A DNA stretch of 64,000 bases from an uncultured Clostridia bacterium (GTDB taxonomy: Bacteria; Bacillota; Clostridia; TANB77; CAG-508), in contig CAUWGE010000001.1 of NCBI GenBank assembly GCA_963558395.1, forward strand, positions 69,148-133,147. The letters run 5' to 3'. Shown one piece after another: positions 48,253 to 57,852 of this stretch (positions are counted from its first letter, which is position 1; each line of letters starts with the position of its first letter). A program made the position numbers and the translations under genes. The notes below the pieces were generated by a model. It did no database searches and was not told the DNA's origin. It saw only the letters and a list, made by a program, of their open reading frames with translations.

Positions 48253-48657
48253 AAAAACCTCCTAATTTTATTTATCTTTATTTTCTTCCATCCAAGCTTT
48301 TAATTGTTCCCCAGTATTTTTTCTTTTTTAAAGTTTTGTATGAGTTTTTTCGCTGGGGAATTCCCTAGATTTCAATTTTCTTAAGCTCTAAGTTATAATT
48401 TTATTGAATTTTATTTGGTTTAAACTACATTTACTCTACTATATTTTTTACTAAATTTCAACCTTAATAAGCCATATTTTATATATTTTTCTTAAAATTT
48501 TCTTTTTTATTTTTCTTCAGATTATTTAACTCTCATAACTTAAATAATCAATTAAAATGGTAAATGGCAAATAAATTAGCAAATTACTATATTAAGAAAA
48601 AACAGCCATATGCAAGAGCATACAGCTGTATTTTGATAATGAACTTTTGGGGGGTGT

Positions 48658-48957
48658 TTATGCCATTAATGGCACTTCAAACAGTTTTTGTAAATTTTTA
48701 AACTCTTCGCTTCCTTTTGAGAAGCCGTCGAATTCTTTGAAAAATTTTTCAATTTCATTAAAAAACTTTTCATTTCTTTCTTTTACAGCGTTTGCCACAT
48801 CCTGATAGCTTTTTCCCGTCTTTTGGGAAACAATACGGCAATTATAACTTACAAACTTGTTTACATCGGCCATTCCGACAAAACAGCCGTATTCATTTGC
48901 CACCTGTGTTGTTACTTTGCTCCAATCAGCTTTTCCCCATTCTTTGTTTTTGTCCAT
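48658..48957 (-). CDS. orphan hypothetical protein, compositionally atypical (~40% GC)
   Basis: 99 aa with an AGGAGGA RBS. GC is above its flanks. Has its own consensus promoter and a downstream hairpin plus U-run at about 48600-48635. Confidence 0.55.
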   Translation of the reverse strand: MDKNKEWGKADWSKVTTQVANEYGCFVGMADVNKFVSYNCRIVSQKTGKSYQDVANAVKERNEKFFNEIEKFFKEFDGFSKGSEEFKNLQKLFEVPLMA

Positions 48958-48981
48958 TTTCTTATCCTCCTATTTTTTTCT

Positions 48982-49000
48982 GGAGGACCTAGCGTCCTCC
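48982..49000. other. 7-bp GC hairpin in the 5' leader of ORF 48658..48957
   Basis: ggaggac-ctagc-gtcctcc. It is followed by a T-run only on the plus strand (attttttg). On the minus-strand leader it sits about 25 nt upstream of the start codon and itself contains GGAGG. Confidence 0.6.
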
Positions 49001-49037
49001 ATTTTTTGAAAGACGCTTCTATTAGTGCGTACTAATT

Positions 49038-49066
49038 ATTATACCACAAGTTCTTTAATTTGTCAA
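49038..49066 (-). promoter_or_regulatory. consensus sigma-A promoter for ORF 48658..48957
   Basis: Minus strand reads TTGACA (49066-49061), a 17-nt spacer, then TGgTATAAT (-10 hexamer at 49043-49038). The -10 context matches that of the 12236 promoter. Confidence 0.65.
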
Positions 49067-49077
49067 AAAAATGTAAA

Positions 49078-49102
49078 AAAGATGAGGATTTTCCCCATCT
49101 TT
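49078..49102 (-). terminator. intrinsic terminator after hup
   Basis: Minus strand reads aaagaugggga-aaa-uccucaucuuu, with one mismatch, followed by UUUUACAUUUUUUU. Confidence 0.7.
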
Positions 49103-49130
49103 ATATGAATTCATATATTTTATATATAAA

Positions 49131-49406
49131 TTATGCATTAACTGTATCTTTTAAAGCTTTTCCTGCTTTGAAAACTGGAGCTTTGCTTGCTGGTATTTTG
49201 ATTTCTTCTTTAGTTTGTGGATTTCTTCCTTTTCTAGCTGCTCTTTTTCTAACTTCGAAAGATCCAAAGCCTACTAATTGTACCTTGTCACCTTTTACTA
49301 AGCTTTCTGTAATAACATCTACAAATGCATCTAAAGAAGCTTCTGCATTCTTTTTTGTGTCTCCTGTCTTAGCAGCGATTGCTGCGATTAATTCAGATTT
49401 GTTCAT
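49131..49406 (-). CDS. hup: HU-family DNA-binding protein
   Basis: 91 aa: [11 protein letters not shown]...[28 protein letters not shown]...[10 protein letters not shown]. Confidence 0.96.
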   Translation of the reverse strand: MNKSELIAAIAAKTGDTKKNAEASLDAFVDVITESLVKGDKVQLVGFGSFEVRKRAARKGRNPQTKEEIKIPASKAPVFKAGKALKDTVNA

Positions 49407-49581
49407 TTTCTATTACCTCCTATAAAGAACGAATGTTGTAGACTTTTTTGAATCTACTATTACTATTATTCTTCAAAGAATGACAAAATCCTTCTTAAAT
49501 TTTATACTTTTTTCGTTAAAGTCTTTGGGGCTCTAAGCATTCCTCGTTTTCTTTGCTAAAAATAGCCAATTATTCTTCATC

Positions 49582-51231
49582 TCATCTTTTCTTTTTAGAA
49601 GCTTTTAATCCCTTTATTTTACTGACGTTTACTATTTTTAAAGCTAATATTATTGCTAGATAAATACTTGCACCTATTACTAATCCTAAAACTACTGCAA
49701 TTTTTTTATTAATTACTATATTTAGTAACTTTATAAAGATATTTGATACAAAAATAAATACTGTAACTGCTAATAATAGTTTTAGAATATTCTTTTTTCT
49801 TATTTTTACATTAACTTCTTTTTTTAACCAAGAATAGCATATCATCATTATTACAAAATGTGAAATTGTACTTGAAATCGCTGCTCCATTTATTCCTCCA
49901 AATGGAGCATTTATTGGTATTAATATTGTGTTTAATATATACCTAAAAACAACTCCAACTATTGTTGAAATTATTGGTGTTCTATTATTCCCAACTCCTA
50001 TTAAGACTCCCCTTATTGTTTGTTCTATGCTTATAAAAATTACTATGCTTGCACTAAGTGAAAGTACTACTCCTCCTGCAGACGCATTTGGAAATAGTAG
50101 TTTTAATATTTCTTCTGCAAAAAAAATATATATTCCTGCTGTTGGAAGTGCTATTATAAGACCTAATAATAAAGATAAATTTATTCTTTCTTCTAACTCA
50201 TTTAATTTATTTTTTGCCTTAGCTGCTGCAATACCTGGAATTAATGCTGTTGATATTGTTCCACTGAATGATAATGGTAAGTTTATTAACGTATCTACTT
50301 TTCCATTAAAGATTCCATATTGTACTTTTGCTTCTTCATAATTCATTGTATTTTGAAGTCCATCCATTATTGTAGTAGAATCCATATTTTTTCCTATTGT
50401 ACCTATGAAAGGTGATAATGACATAGGAATTGCAGCATACAATATTTCTTTTATTATTTTCATTGTTCTTATTGGTATATAATTTACACTTGTTATTATT
50501 TCATATTTTATTTCATTTAATTCTTCTCTATAAAATTTGTATAAATATCCAAACTCTACTATATTTGCTAATGTTGTTGCCAAATTTGCTATTCCACAAA
50601 TTATCTCTGTATTTGAAAGCTTAGATACAATAGCAGAAATTTCTATAATAACTATTGTAATAAATGTTTTTGTAAGTTGGTCATATGTTTGTGCTTTTGC
50701 TGTTGTTTTCATGTTTTCTCTTCCATTAAAATATCCTTTATATACTGATATAACCGCTACTAAAAACACAGATGGTGCTAATGCTATTATAGAAAGTTCC
50801 GTTTCTGGCATTCCTAAAAAATCTATCGCTATTTTTTTAGAAAATGCAACTAAAACAAAACTACCTATCATTCCTATGATTGAAAATAGTGCTAATGCTA
50901 TTTTAAAAATCTTATATGCTCCTTTGTGATCCCCTATTGAAACTCTTTCTGCTACCATTTTTGAAATAGCTCCTGGCACTCCAATTGAGGTTAAACTAAG
51001 AAGTAATGAATATACTTGAAACGCTGCACTTGTTATAGCATTTCCTTCATCTCCAAAGCTTTCTTTATTAGTTAAATATAGTTTATATAAAAGCCCCAAT
51101 ACCTTTACAATTACTTGTGACATCATTAGTGCCACTATACTTTGTATAAATGTTTCCTTTTTTCTTTTCATGTTTAATTTATATGTTTTTATAGTAAAAA
51201 AATTCCCCTTACTACTTGTTTTTTTCTTCAT
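49582..51231 (-). CDS. MOP-superfamily flippase, SpoVB / polysaccharide biosynthesis protein-like (start uncertain)
   Basis: A polytopic protein with about 14 TM segments resembling the SpoVB/MurJ family. The tracked ORF runs to 51336 but its first 35 aa look non-coding. Candidate starts are 51231 (MKKKTSS) or 51171 (MKRKKETF). Confidence 0.75.
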   Translation of the reverse strand: MKKKTSSKGNFFTIKTYKLNMKRKKETFIQSIVALMMSQVIVKVLGLLYKLYLTNKESFGDEGNAITSAAFQVYSLLLSLTSIGVPGAISKMVAERVSIGDHKGAYKIFKIALALFSIIGMIGSFVLVAFSKKIAIDFLGMPETELSIIALAPSVFLVAVISVYKGYFNGRENMKTTAKAQTYDQLTKTFITIVIIEISAIVSKLSNTEIICGIANLATTLANIVEFGYLYKFYREELNEIKYEIITSVNYIPIRTMKIIKEILYAAIPMSLSPFIGTIGKNMDSTTIMDGLQNTMNYEEAKVQYGIFNGKVDTLINLPLSFSGTISTALIPGIAAAKAKNKLNELEERINLSLLLGLIIALPTAGIYIFFAEEILKLLFPNASAGGVVLSLSASIVIFISIEQTIRGVLIGVGNNRTPIISTIVGVVFRYILNTILIPINAPFGGINGAAISSTISHFVIMMICYSWLKKEVNVKIRKKNILKLLLAVTVFIFVSNIFIKLLNIVINKKIAVVLGLVIGASIYLAIILALKIVNVSKIKGLKASKKKR

Positions 51232-51275
51232 TTTGTAGGATAATATATATATGAAAATTTGAAAGGGACATTGAT

Positions 51276-53588
51276 ATGAAAATATTTGATAAATTTCTAA
51301 AATGGCTAAAAACAGATAGAAATACATTTCTAACATACACTTTATCTTTGATAACCATTTTTATTTTAGTGGATAGATTAGTAGAATTCTTTTTAACAGT
51401 ATTTACAGGAGTCTCTTCTACTTATTGGGGTCCAATCGCTTATGCTTTTGCACTTCTTTGTCCAATTTTTGCTTTTTTGTTTTCTGGTTCATCAAAATTC
51501 ATAAAAAGCGATGATGATAAAATGGGATGGTTTTATGCTTATTGTATTTCTCTTTACATATTGTTTATTACAATGCTTACAGAATGGTGTAATGAGCTTT
51601 GTTGGTTAGGTTTAATTTCACTTCCTGGATATTCTGAAATTGCAACTAATTTCTCATATTTAATAAAGCCTGCTCTTTCTTCAATAGCATTGTACTTACC
51701 ACTTACAACTATAAGCTTTTTCTTTAGAAAATTGTATACAATGGTTAATGATACTAAAGATATAAGAGATTCTATTTTTGATTACGAAGGTATCAATTTA
51801 TCTGATAAAACAGTTGGATGGGGACAATATACAAACGAAATATTTATAGGTACAGACAAAGATCATGGTAATGCAGTAAAAATCCCTGAGGCTAAAAGAT
51901 TTGAATCAACACTTGTTGTTGGTATATCTGGTTCTGGAAAGACATCTCTTATATTTGAGCCATGGGTTGCACAAGATATTGATAAAAAATATTTCTTTAA
52001 AGAAATGGCTAAGTCAATGGCTTTTGCATCTTTAAGAACAGGTCTTGCAACATTAGATGCGCCATATGATAATGATTATATAAATTCACATTTTACATTA
52101 AATATGTTAAAACCAGTACCTTCAAGAGCTAAATTATATAAATCATATATGAAAAATCTAATTTATGTTGATTCTGGTTCAAATTTAGTATATAGAGATT
52201 TAGGAATCACTTATATGGCTCCAGATGTTGAAACAATTGATAGGGTAAGAGGAGTTGCTAAGAATTTTGGAATTCCTGTTAATATAATTGATCCTGATGA
52301 TTCAGCATCTCTTGGCTTAAATCCTTTCGCATTTGATGATCCAACGCAAACAGCTATTGCAATTTCAACTGTTTTAAAAGGATTATATACAGATAAAAAT
52401 CCAGAAACTGAAGCAGCATATAGAGAGAACTTAACTAGTCAAATTTTAGAGAATTTAACTATTTTGTTAAAGTTAATATATCCTAAAATGAATGAAGGAA
52501 AACTTCCTAATATAGAAGACTTATTTAAATTGTTAAGTAATTTTGATTTAGTTGAAAAAATGTGTAAAATATTAGAGAGTGATCCAGAACTTGCTGAAAA
52601 GTATAATATGCAACTTACTTATTTTAAAAAGAATTTCTATTCTGATAGTCCTAATAGGGCTGAAATGGAAAAAGTTGTAGCCATTCCTATTGCTCAATTA
52701 GATACACTTCTTCGTTATCCTGGAGTAAAATCTATATTATGCAATAGAGTTAATAATATTAATTATGATAAAGCTTTAAAAAATGGTGAAGTTACATTAG
52801 TTTGTACTAGACGTGGTGATTTGGGCGAGTCAGCTCATAAAGCATTTGGACTTTTCTTCCTACTTCTTATGCAATATTCTGTATTAAGAAGACCTGGCAG
52901 CGAAAGTACTCGTATCCCTCACTTCTTATATATTGATGAGTTTCCTGATTTTATATGTTCAGCAACAGAATCTATATTTACAATTTACAGAAAATATAAA
53001 ATTGCAACTGTTGTATCTGCACAAAGTTTGGATCAATTAAGAAGAAGAGGAGAAAAATTAGCTAATATAATTATTTCAAACTGTTCAAATAAAATAGTAT
53101 TTGGAAATAACTCTCCTGAAGATAATGAATGGTGGTCTAAAGAACTTGGTGAGAAAAAAGAATGGTCATTTACAAACGCATATGATACTGCAAAAGGTGA
53201 ATATGATCCTAAATATACTGGTATAAAATATGGATATAAACTAAAATATCAACCAGGCAAAGTACAATCACTTAAATTTAAGAGCTGCATGTATAAGATA
53301 AAAAATGTAAAAGGTAAAATTGAAAATGGTACTGCTAAATTGGACTTCTTAGGTTCTAAATATAAAGAAGCTCAAGCTATAAAAACTTATAATTTCTTGA
53401 AATTTACTAATGGTATTTCAGAAGGCGAAAATAAAAAAACTAAAAAGTTTTCACTAAAAAATTCTCATTTTAGTGATGAAGAATTAGAAAATGAGCCAAT
53501 AAAAACAGATATTACAAATTCAAACTTTTTAATAGATAATGATGATGCTATTACTTATACTTTTAAAAAAGGAAAAAAATTTGAATAA
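51276..53588 (+). CDS. membrane-anchored TraD/TraG/VirD4-like P-loop NTPase (coupling-protein-like)
   Basis: 770 aa with about 5 N-terminal TM segments, Walker A GISGSGKTS and a Walker B-like FLYIDEFPDF. The TraD/TraG-type cytoplasmic domain assignment is from motif pattern only. Confidence 0.65.
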   Translation: MKIFDKFLKWLKTDRNTFLTYTLSLITIFILVDRLVEFFLTVFTGVSSTYWGPIAYAFALLCPIFAFLFSGSSKFIKSDDDKMGWFYAYCISLYILFITMLTEWCNELCWLGLISLPGYSEIATNFSYLIKPALSSIALYLPLTTISFFFRKLYTMVNDTKDIRDSIFDYEGINLSDKTVGWGQYTNEIFIGTDKDHGNAVKIPEAKRFESTLVVGISGSGKTSLIFEPWVAQDIDKKYFFKEMAKSMAFASLRTGLATLDAPYDNDYINSHFTLNMLKPVPSRAKLYKSYMKNLIYVDSGSNLVYRDLGITYMAPDVETIDRVRGVAKNFGIPVNIIDPDDSASLGLNPFAFDDPTQTAIAISTVLKGLYTDKNPETEAAYRENLTSQILENLTILLKLIYPKMNEGKLPNIEDLFKLLSNFDLVEKMCKILESDPELAEKYNMQLTYFKKNFYSDSPNRAEMEKVVAIPIAQLDTLLRYPGVKSILCNRVNNINYDKALKNGEVTLVCTRRGDLGESAHKAFGLFFLLLMQYSVLRRPGSESTRIPHFLYIDEFPDFICSATESIFTIYRKYKIATVVSAQSLDQLRRRGEKLANIIISNCSNKIVFGNNSPEDNEWWSKELGEKKEWSFTNAYDTAKGEYDPKYTGIKYGYKLKYQPGKVQSLKFKSCMYKIKNVKGKIENGTAKLDFLGSKYKEAQAIKTYNFLKFTNGISEGENKKTKKFSLKNSHFSDEELENEPIKTDITNSNFLIDNDDAITYTFKKGKKFE

Positions 53589-53596
53589 ATAAAAAA

Positions 53597-53619
53597 AGAA
53601 CTGCCTCTTTAGCAGTTCT
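53597..53619. terminator. bidirectional terminator between convergent genes
   Basis: Stem agaactgc / gcagttct flanked by an A7 run on the left and a T-rich run on the right. Confidence 0.75.
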
Positions 53620-53647
53620 TCTTTTATTTATTATGTTTCTTTTGTTC

Positions 53648-54577
53648 CTATGATAATATCTTTGCTACTACATTTTGAATTTGGTATTTTCCGTCCTTTT
53701 CTACAAATTCAAATAGACTTTTATCTAATACATCTTTATTTTGTTCTAAGTCTGTTGTGAAATAAAATTTTATTTTATCTATTTGTAAATTTTTCATTAC
53801 TAATTCCTTAAAGATTTCTGCCATATGCTTTTCATCTTCACATACGAATATTAGCTGTGGTACTGAGAAGAATCCTGAATCACCTGGTACAAAGTTATTG
53901 TAGAAGTTCTTCCATTTTTGCATCCTATCAACAAGCTCTTCTTTCCAATTTTCGTTTCTTCTTATTACTTCATACACGAAATTTATTTTATTTCCATTTA
54001 AATCAAATTTTATATTTGCTATTGGTTTAAATCCTTTTCCTGTAACCTTGTCTGTAATTAATGGTTTAAGCTCATAACTTTCTAAGTGAGTAGACTTTCT
54101 AAGGTATGCTATTACAACTTGATTTCCAGCTAATTTTTTCTTTATCATTTCTACTGGCTTTGCATTATCTGTTGGTTGCCATTTGCATTCTATTTCCCTC
54201 GAATTTAATAAATATTTTCCCATCTTTTCCATGCAATATATTCTATAAATTCCGCTTCCATCTACTGCTTGAAAATAATACCTGGTAAGAATTTTACATT
54301 TAATTAATTGCTCCAATTTTGTGTTTAATTTATCCTGTGAGGCAATATCAACCTTTTCTAATTGCAATAAAAAGAATAATTGTCTTGATGTTAAAAATTC
54401 AAATTTATTTATAAGATTCAATATTTTAAAATGGACTTCTGTAATATGTCCTAAATTCATTTTTTGTATTATTTGATTCATAGATACATATCCATCTTTT
54501 CCATCAAATACTTTTATCTCCTGCTCTCTCATAGCAAATGGAGATACTTTTGTTCTAATTTCATTATCTTGTAACAT
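53648..54577 (-). CDS. replication-relaxation family-like protein
   Basis: 309 aa. The N-terminal winged-helix pattern HFKILNLINKFEFLTSRQLFFLL resembles the Replic_Relax family (recalled from memory). Convergent with the TraD-like gene. Confidence 0.5.
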   Translation of the reverse strand: MLQDNEIRTKVSPFAMREQEIKVFDGKDGYVSMNQIIQKMNLGHITEVHFKILNLINKFEFLTSRQLFFLLQLEKVDIASQDKLNTKLEQLIKCKILTRYYFQAVDGSGIYRIYCMEKMGKYLLNSREIECKWQPTDNAKPVEMIKKKLAGNQVVIAYLRKSTHLESYELKPLITDKVTGKGFKPIANIKFDLNGNKINFVYEVIRRNENWKEELVDRMQKWKNFYNNFVPGDSGFFSVPQLIFVCEDEKHMAEIFKELVMKNLQIDKIKFYFTTDLEQNKDVLDKSLFEFVEKDGKYQIQNVVAKILS

Positions 54578-54654
54578 TTTTTCCTCCTACAAAAATTATT
54601 TTGTTAAAGCATAAAAACTTTTTAAGTTTTTTTCTACCTTTTAATTATAGCATA

Positions 54655-55368
54655 CTAATTCACATAATGCAAGGATTCGAGTTCTCCATCTGTGGCTTTC
54701 TTTCTTACATTTGGATTTTGCATTTTTCTATGTACTTTTTCCTTTAAATTTCTTACATTTTCTTTATTAAAGTATTCGTCTGGATATTCTGGTTCCAATA
54801 TGTTTAAAGTTATAAATGGTTTTCTTTTAAAATATTTTCTCCATCCTGTGACTTCTCTATATGTAAATACAATTGGCAATACTGGTACTTGATTTTTCAC
54901 TGCAAAATTAAATGCTCCATCTTTAAACTCTCTTACACCATTATAATATGGTATTAACTCACCTTCTGGATAAATTCCAACTATTTCTTCATCTTTCAAT
55001 AATTTATCTACTGTATTTACCATCTTTACCTTGTCACCGTATTTTCTTGGTACTGGAAATGCCCTAAACAGTGCAACTAGATATTTTATAAATGGAATTT
55101 CTAAATTAGTTTGTAATGTTAAAAAGTAAGGAGTTCTAGGAAATAATGATAAAACTACCATTGCACAATCTAACATATTTATATGGTTTGCTGTTACAAT
55201 ATATCCATCTTCTAAATTCTTTAGATTTTCTCTCCCCTCTATTTCTAGTCCATGTACTAATTTTGTAAGTACAAATAATATGGGATATGCAATTATATAA
55301 AGTAAACTACTTAATATTTTATATATTATTGAATGATGTAGCAAATCGCCTCTATCTTTCTTTTTCAT
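54655..55368 (-). CDS. lysophospholipid (1-acyl-sn-glycerol-3-phosphate) acyltransferase family protein
   Basis: HX4D motif NHINMLD, a PEG block (IYPEGE) and an N-terminal TM. Confidence 0.82.
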   Translation of the reverse strand: MKKKDRGDLLHHSIIYKILSSLLYIIAYPILFVLTKLVHGLEIEGRENLKNLEDGYIVTANHINMLDCAMVVLSLFPRTPYFLTLQTNLEIPFIKYLVALFRAFPVPRKYGDKVKMVNTVDKLLKDEEIVGIYPEGELIPYYNGVREFKDGAFNFAVKNQVPVLPIVFTYREVTGWRKYFKRKPFITLNILEPEYPDEYFNKENVRNLKEKVHRKMQNPNVRKKATDGELESLHYVN

Positions 55369-56497
55369 AATCTCTAATCTCTTCCTTAAACATTTCTTCT
55401 ATTAATTCTATACTTTTTTCTATTTTAAAATTTTTCGCAAATTCTGAATATTCTTTTCTCTTTTTTTCTAAATATTCTGGATTATCTAAAAAGTAGTCTA
55501 TCTTTTTTGCTAAGTCTAAAGAGTTACCATGTTCAAATAAACTTTCGCTATCCATTGCAAATTGTACTGTTGCAGATTCCTTACTATTTGATATTATTGG
55601 AACATTTCCAAGAGCTATTGCTTCTAAACAAGAAATTGCTTCTATTTCAGCATCTGCACTATGAACATATATATCTGTATATGAAAGCATATTTATTAGC
55701 TCTTCTTTAGGATAAAATTTCATTATTGGCTTATTTTTTAGTTTTTCACCTTGTTTCTTATATTCTTCATAACATTGTCCTTTTCCACCTAAAATAAGCT
55801 GTATTTTATCACTATATTTACTTTTGCTAATGGCATCTATTAAAACATCTTGCCTTTTTTCTGGTGAGTATCTTCCTACCATAGAAATTACTATTTTGTC
55901 TTTTAAATCCTTAGGCTTTTCACTCCTATTTAATTTAAAATCTTCCTCTACTCCATTTGATATTACATGCAGTTTAGATTTATATCCATGTTCTTCTAAT
56001 TGCTTCGCAATAAAATTACTTGGACAATGTATATGTCTAAACTTATTATAATAAGTTCTAAAGTGTGAATAAAGCTTATCATTAATTAATGTATTAGTTC
56101 CTAGCCCAACTGCATATGTTATGTTTTCTGGTTGAACATGAAAAGCTGTTGTATGCGGTATTTTCATTTTTCTTGCAAGTTCTACGCCTTCTCTTGATAG
56201 TTTAAAGGGCATATAAAAATGTATTATATCTTGCCCTTCAAATTCTTTTCTCATTATTTCTTCATTTGGCTTTGCAAATACCATTTCATTTGCTTTAAAG
56301 TATTTATCTATTATTTTGGGAAATCTATAAGCTTTTAATCCTTCTTCTTCATTTTCATTTTTACCTGTGCTTAATACTTTTACTTCATGCCCTTTTTTTC
56401 TAAGTCCTTCTACAAATCTTCTTGCTGAAATTGTTGTTCCATTACTCAAATTATCATATTGATCTATAACTATTAATATTTTCATATTTTTGTCCAT
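55352..56497 (-). CDS. family 4 glycosyltransferase (possible glycolipid synthase)
   Basis: 381 aa with a GT-B fold pattern and a C-terminal E-x7-E-like region (EAISCLEAIALGNVPI). Adjacent to lipid genes. Confidence 0.75.
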   Translation of the reverse strand: MDKNMKILIVIDQYDNLSNGTTISARRFVEGLRKKGHEVKVLSTGKNENEEEGLKAYRFPKIIDKYFKANEMVFAKPNEEIMRKEFEGQDIIHFYMPFKLSREGVELARKMKIPHTTAFHVQPENITYAVGLGTNTLINDKLYSHFRTYYNKFRHIHCPSNFIAKQLEEHGYKSKLHVISNGVEEDFKLNRSEKPKDLKDKIVISMVGRYSPEKRQDVLIDAISKSKYSDKIQLILGGKGQCYEEYKKQGEKLKNKPIMKFYPKEELINMLSYTDIYVHSADAEIEAISCLEAIALGNVPIISNSKESATVQFAMDSESLFEHGNSLDLAKKIDYFLDNPEYLEKKRKEYSEFAKNFKIEKSIELIEEMFKEEIRDYEKER

Positions 56498-56521
56498 TTT
56501 TATCTCTTATTTTACTCCTAT

Positions 56522-57793
56522 TTATATTATTTCCCCAATCAAATCATAATCTGTTACATCTGTTATTTTACATTCTTCAAATGTGTTTGTATTTTTTACT
56601 CCTTTTAAGTATATAACTCCGTCTATTTCTGGTACATCCATATAGCTTCTTCCAATGTCTTCTTTTTCTACCAACACTTTTAAGGTTTTTCCTATATTTT
56701 TCTTCATATTTTCTTTTGAAATTTCTTGTTGCAATTTCATAATCTTATTATATCTTTTCTTTTTTGTCATGAAATGTACTTGATTTTCCATTTTATATGC
56801 TATTGTTCCTTCTTCTTTTGAATACATGAAACACCCTAGTTTATCTAGCCTTGCCCATTTTACAAATTCATACATTTCCTCAAAATCCGCTTCTGTTTCT
56901 CCTGGAAATCCTACCATTAATGTGCTTCTTATGATTACTCCTGGAATTTCTTTTCTTAATTTTTCTATTAAGTCTCTTATACTCTTTCCTGTACTTTTTC
57001 TATTCATTTTCTTTAACATATTATCTGAAATATGTTGCATTGGTATATCAAAGTATTTACATATCTTAGGGTTTGTCTTTACCTCGTAAATCAACTCTTC
57101 TGTTATTGTTTCTGGATATGCATATAAAAATCTTATCCATTCTATTCCTTCTATTTTACTAAGCTTATTTAAGAGCTCTGCAAGCTTTGGCTCATTATAA
57201 ATATCGGAACCATATTTTGTTGTATCTTGTGCAATTACAATTATTTCTTTTATTCCTTTTTTGGCTAGAATAGATGCTTCTTCTAAAATATCTTCCATTT
57301 TTCTGCTCTTAAATCTTCCTCTTATATATGGAATAGCACAGAATGTACAGAAATTATTACATCCATCTGCAATTCGTAAATATGCATAGTTTTTGCCAGT
57401 AGAAATTACTCTATCTAGGTAGTCTAACTTTCCTTCTGTTTTGGAAACAATTAATTTATCTATTTGTTCCCAAATACTATCATATTCACTAAATTTTATA
57501 AATAAATCTACTTCTGGCATTTCCTTTTCTAATTCTTCTTTATATCTTTCAACTAAGCAACCAGTAACAATTAAATACTTGCAATTTTCATTTTTGTATT
57601 CTGCCATTTCAAATATTGTATTTATAGCTTCTTCCTTTGCAGATTCTATAAAACCACATGTATTAACAACAATTATTTCTGCCATACTTGGATCATTTAC
57701 AATTTCATACTTATTTTTCAAGAATAACCCTATCATCATTTCTGTATCTACTAAATTTTTACTACAACCTAATGATACAAATCCTACTTTCAT
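56522..57793 (-). CDS. rimO: ribosomal protein S12 methylthiotransferase RimO
   Basis: The N-terminus MKVGFVSLGCSKNLVDTE and VNTCGFI, a radical SAM cluster CNNFCTFC and a C-terminal TRAM-like domain. Confidence 0.85.
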   Translation of the reverse strand: MKVGFVSLGCSKNLVDTEMMIGLFLKNKYEIVNDPSMAEIIVVNTCGFIESAKEEAINTIFEMAEYKNENCKYLIVTGCLVERYKEELEKEMPEVDLFIKFSEYDSIWEQIDKLIVSKTEGKLDYLDRVISTGKNYAYLRIADGCNNFCTFCAIPYIRGRFKSRKMEDILEEASILAKKGIKEIIVIAQDTTKYGSDIYNEPKLAELLNKLSKIEGIEWIRFLYAYPETITEELIYEVKTNPKICKYFDIPMQHISDNMLKKMNRKSTGKSIRDLIEKLRKEIPGVIIRSTLMVGFPGETEADFEEMYEFVKWARLDKLGCFMYSKEEGTIAYKMENQVHFMTKKKRYNKIMKLQQEISKENMKKNIGKTLKVLVEKEDIGRSYMDVPEIDGVIYLKGVKNTNTFEECKITDVTDYDLIGEII

Positions 57794-57852
57794 TATTTAT
57801 CCTTCCTTGCCTCCTCTATCTCTTATGACTAAAAGTCCCTAAATTTTATATT

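Noticed and set aside
48268-48387. Possible small antitoxin-like gene directly upstream of fic
   Set aside because: The open stretch has no start codon and contains an in-frame TAA. It is too short and degenerate to call, and is mentioned only as a possible remnant.
44994-49066. Intact prophage or ICE at tRNA-Leu
   Set aside because: No integrase or recombinase, no structural or conjugation genes, and no repeat of the tRNA 3' end found by eye. I treat it only as an eroded island.
49060-49425. ORF 49060..49425 (+), 121 aa
   Set aside because: It is antisense to the highly conserved hup gene and overlaps its terminator and a promoter.
51172-51336. N-terminal 35-55 codons of the tracked spoVB-like ORF overlapping the divergent TraD-like gene start
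   Set aside because: The extension encodes an implausible Phe/Tyr/Ile-rich peptide. Internal Met codons at 51231 or 51171 give a normal MOP-family N-terminus.
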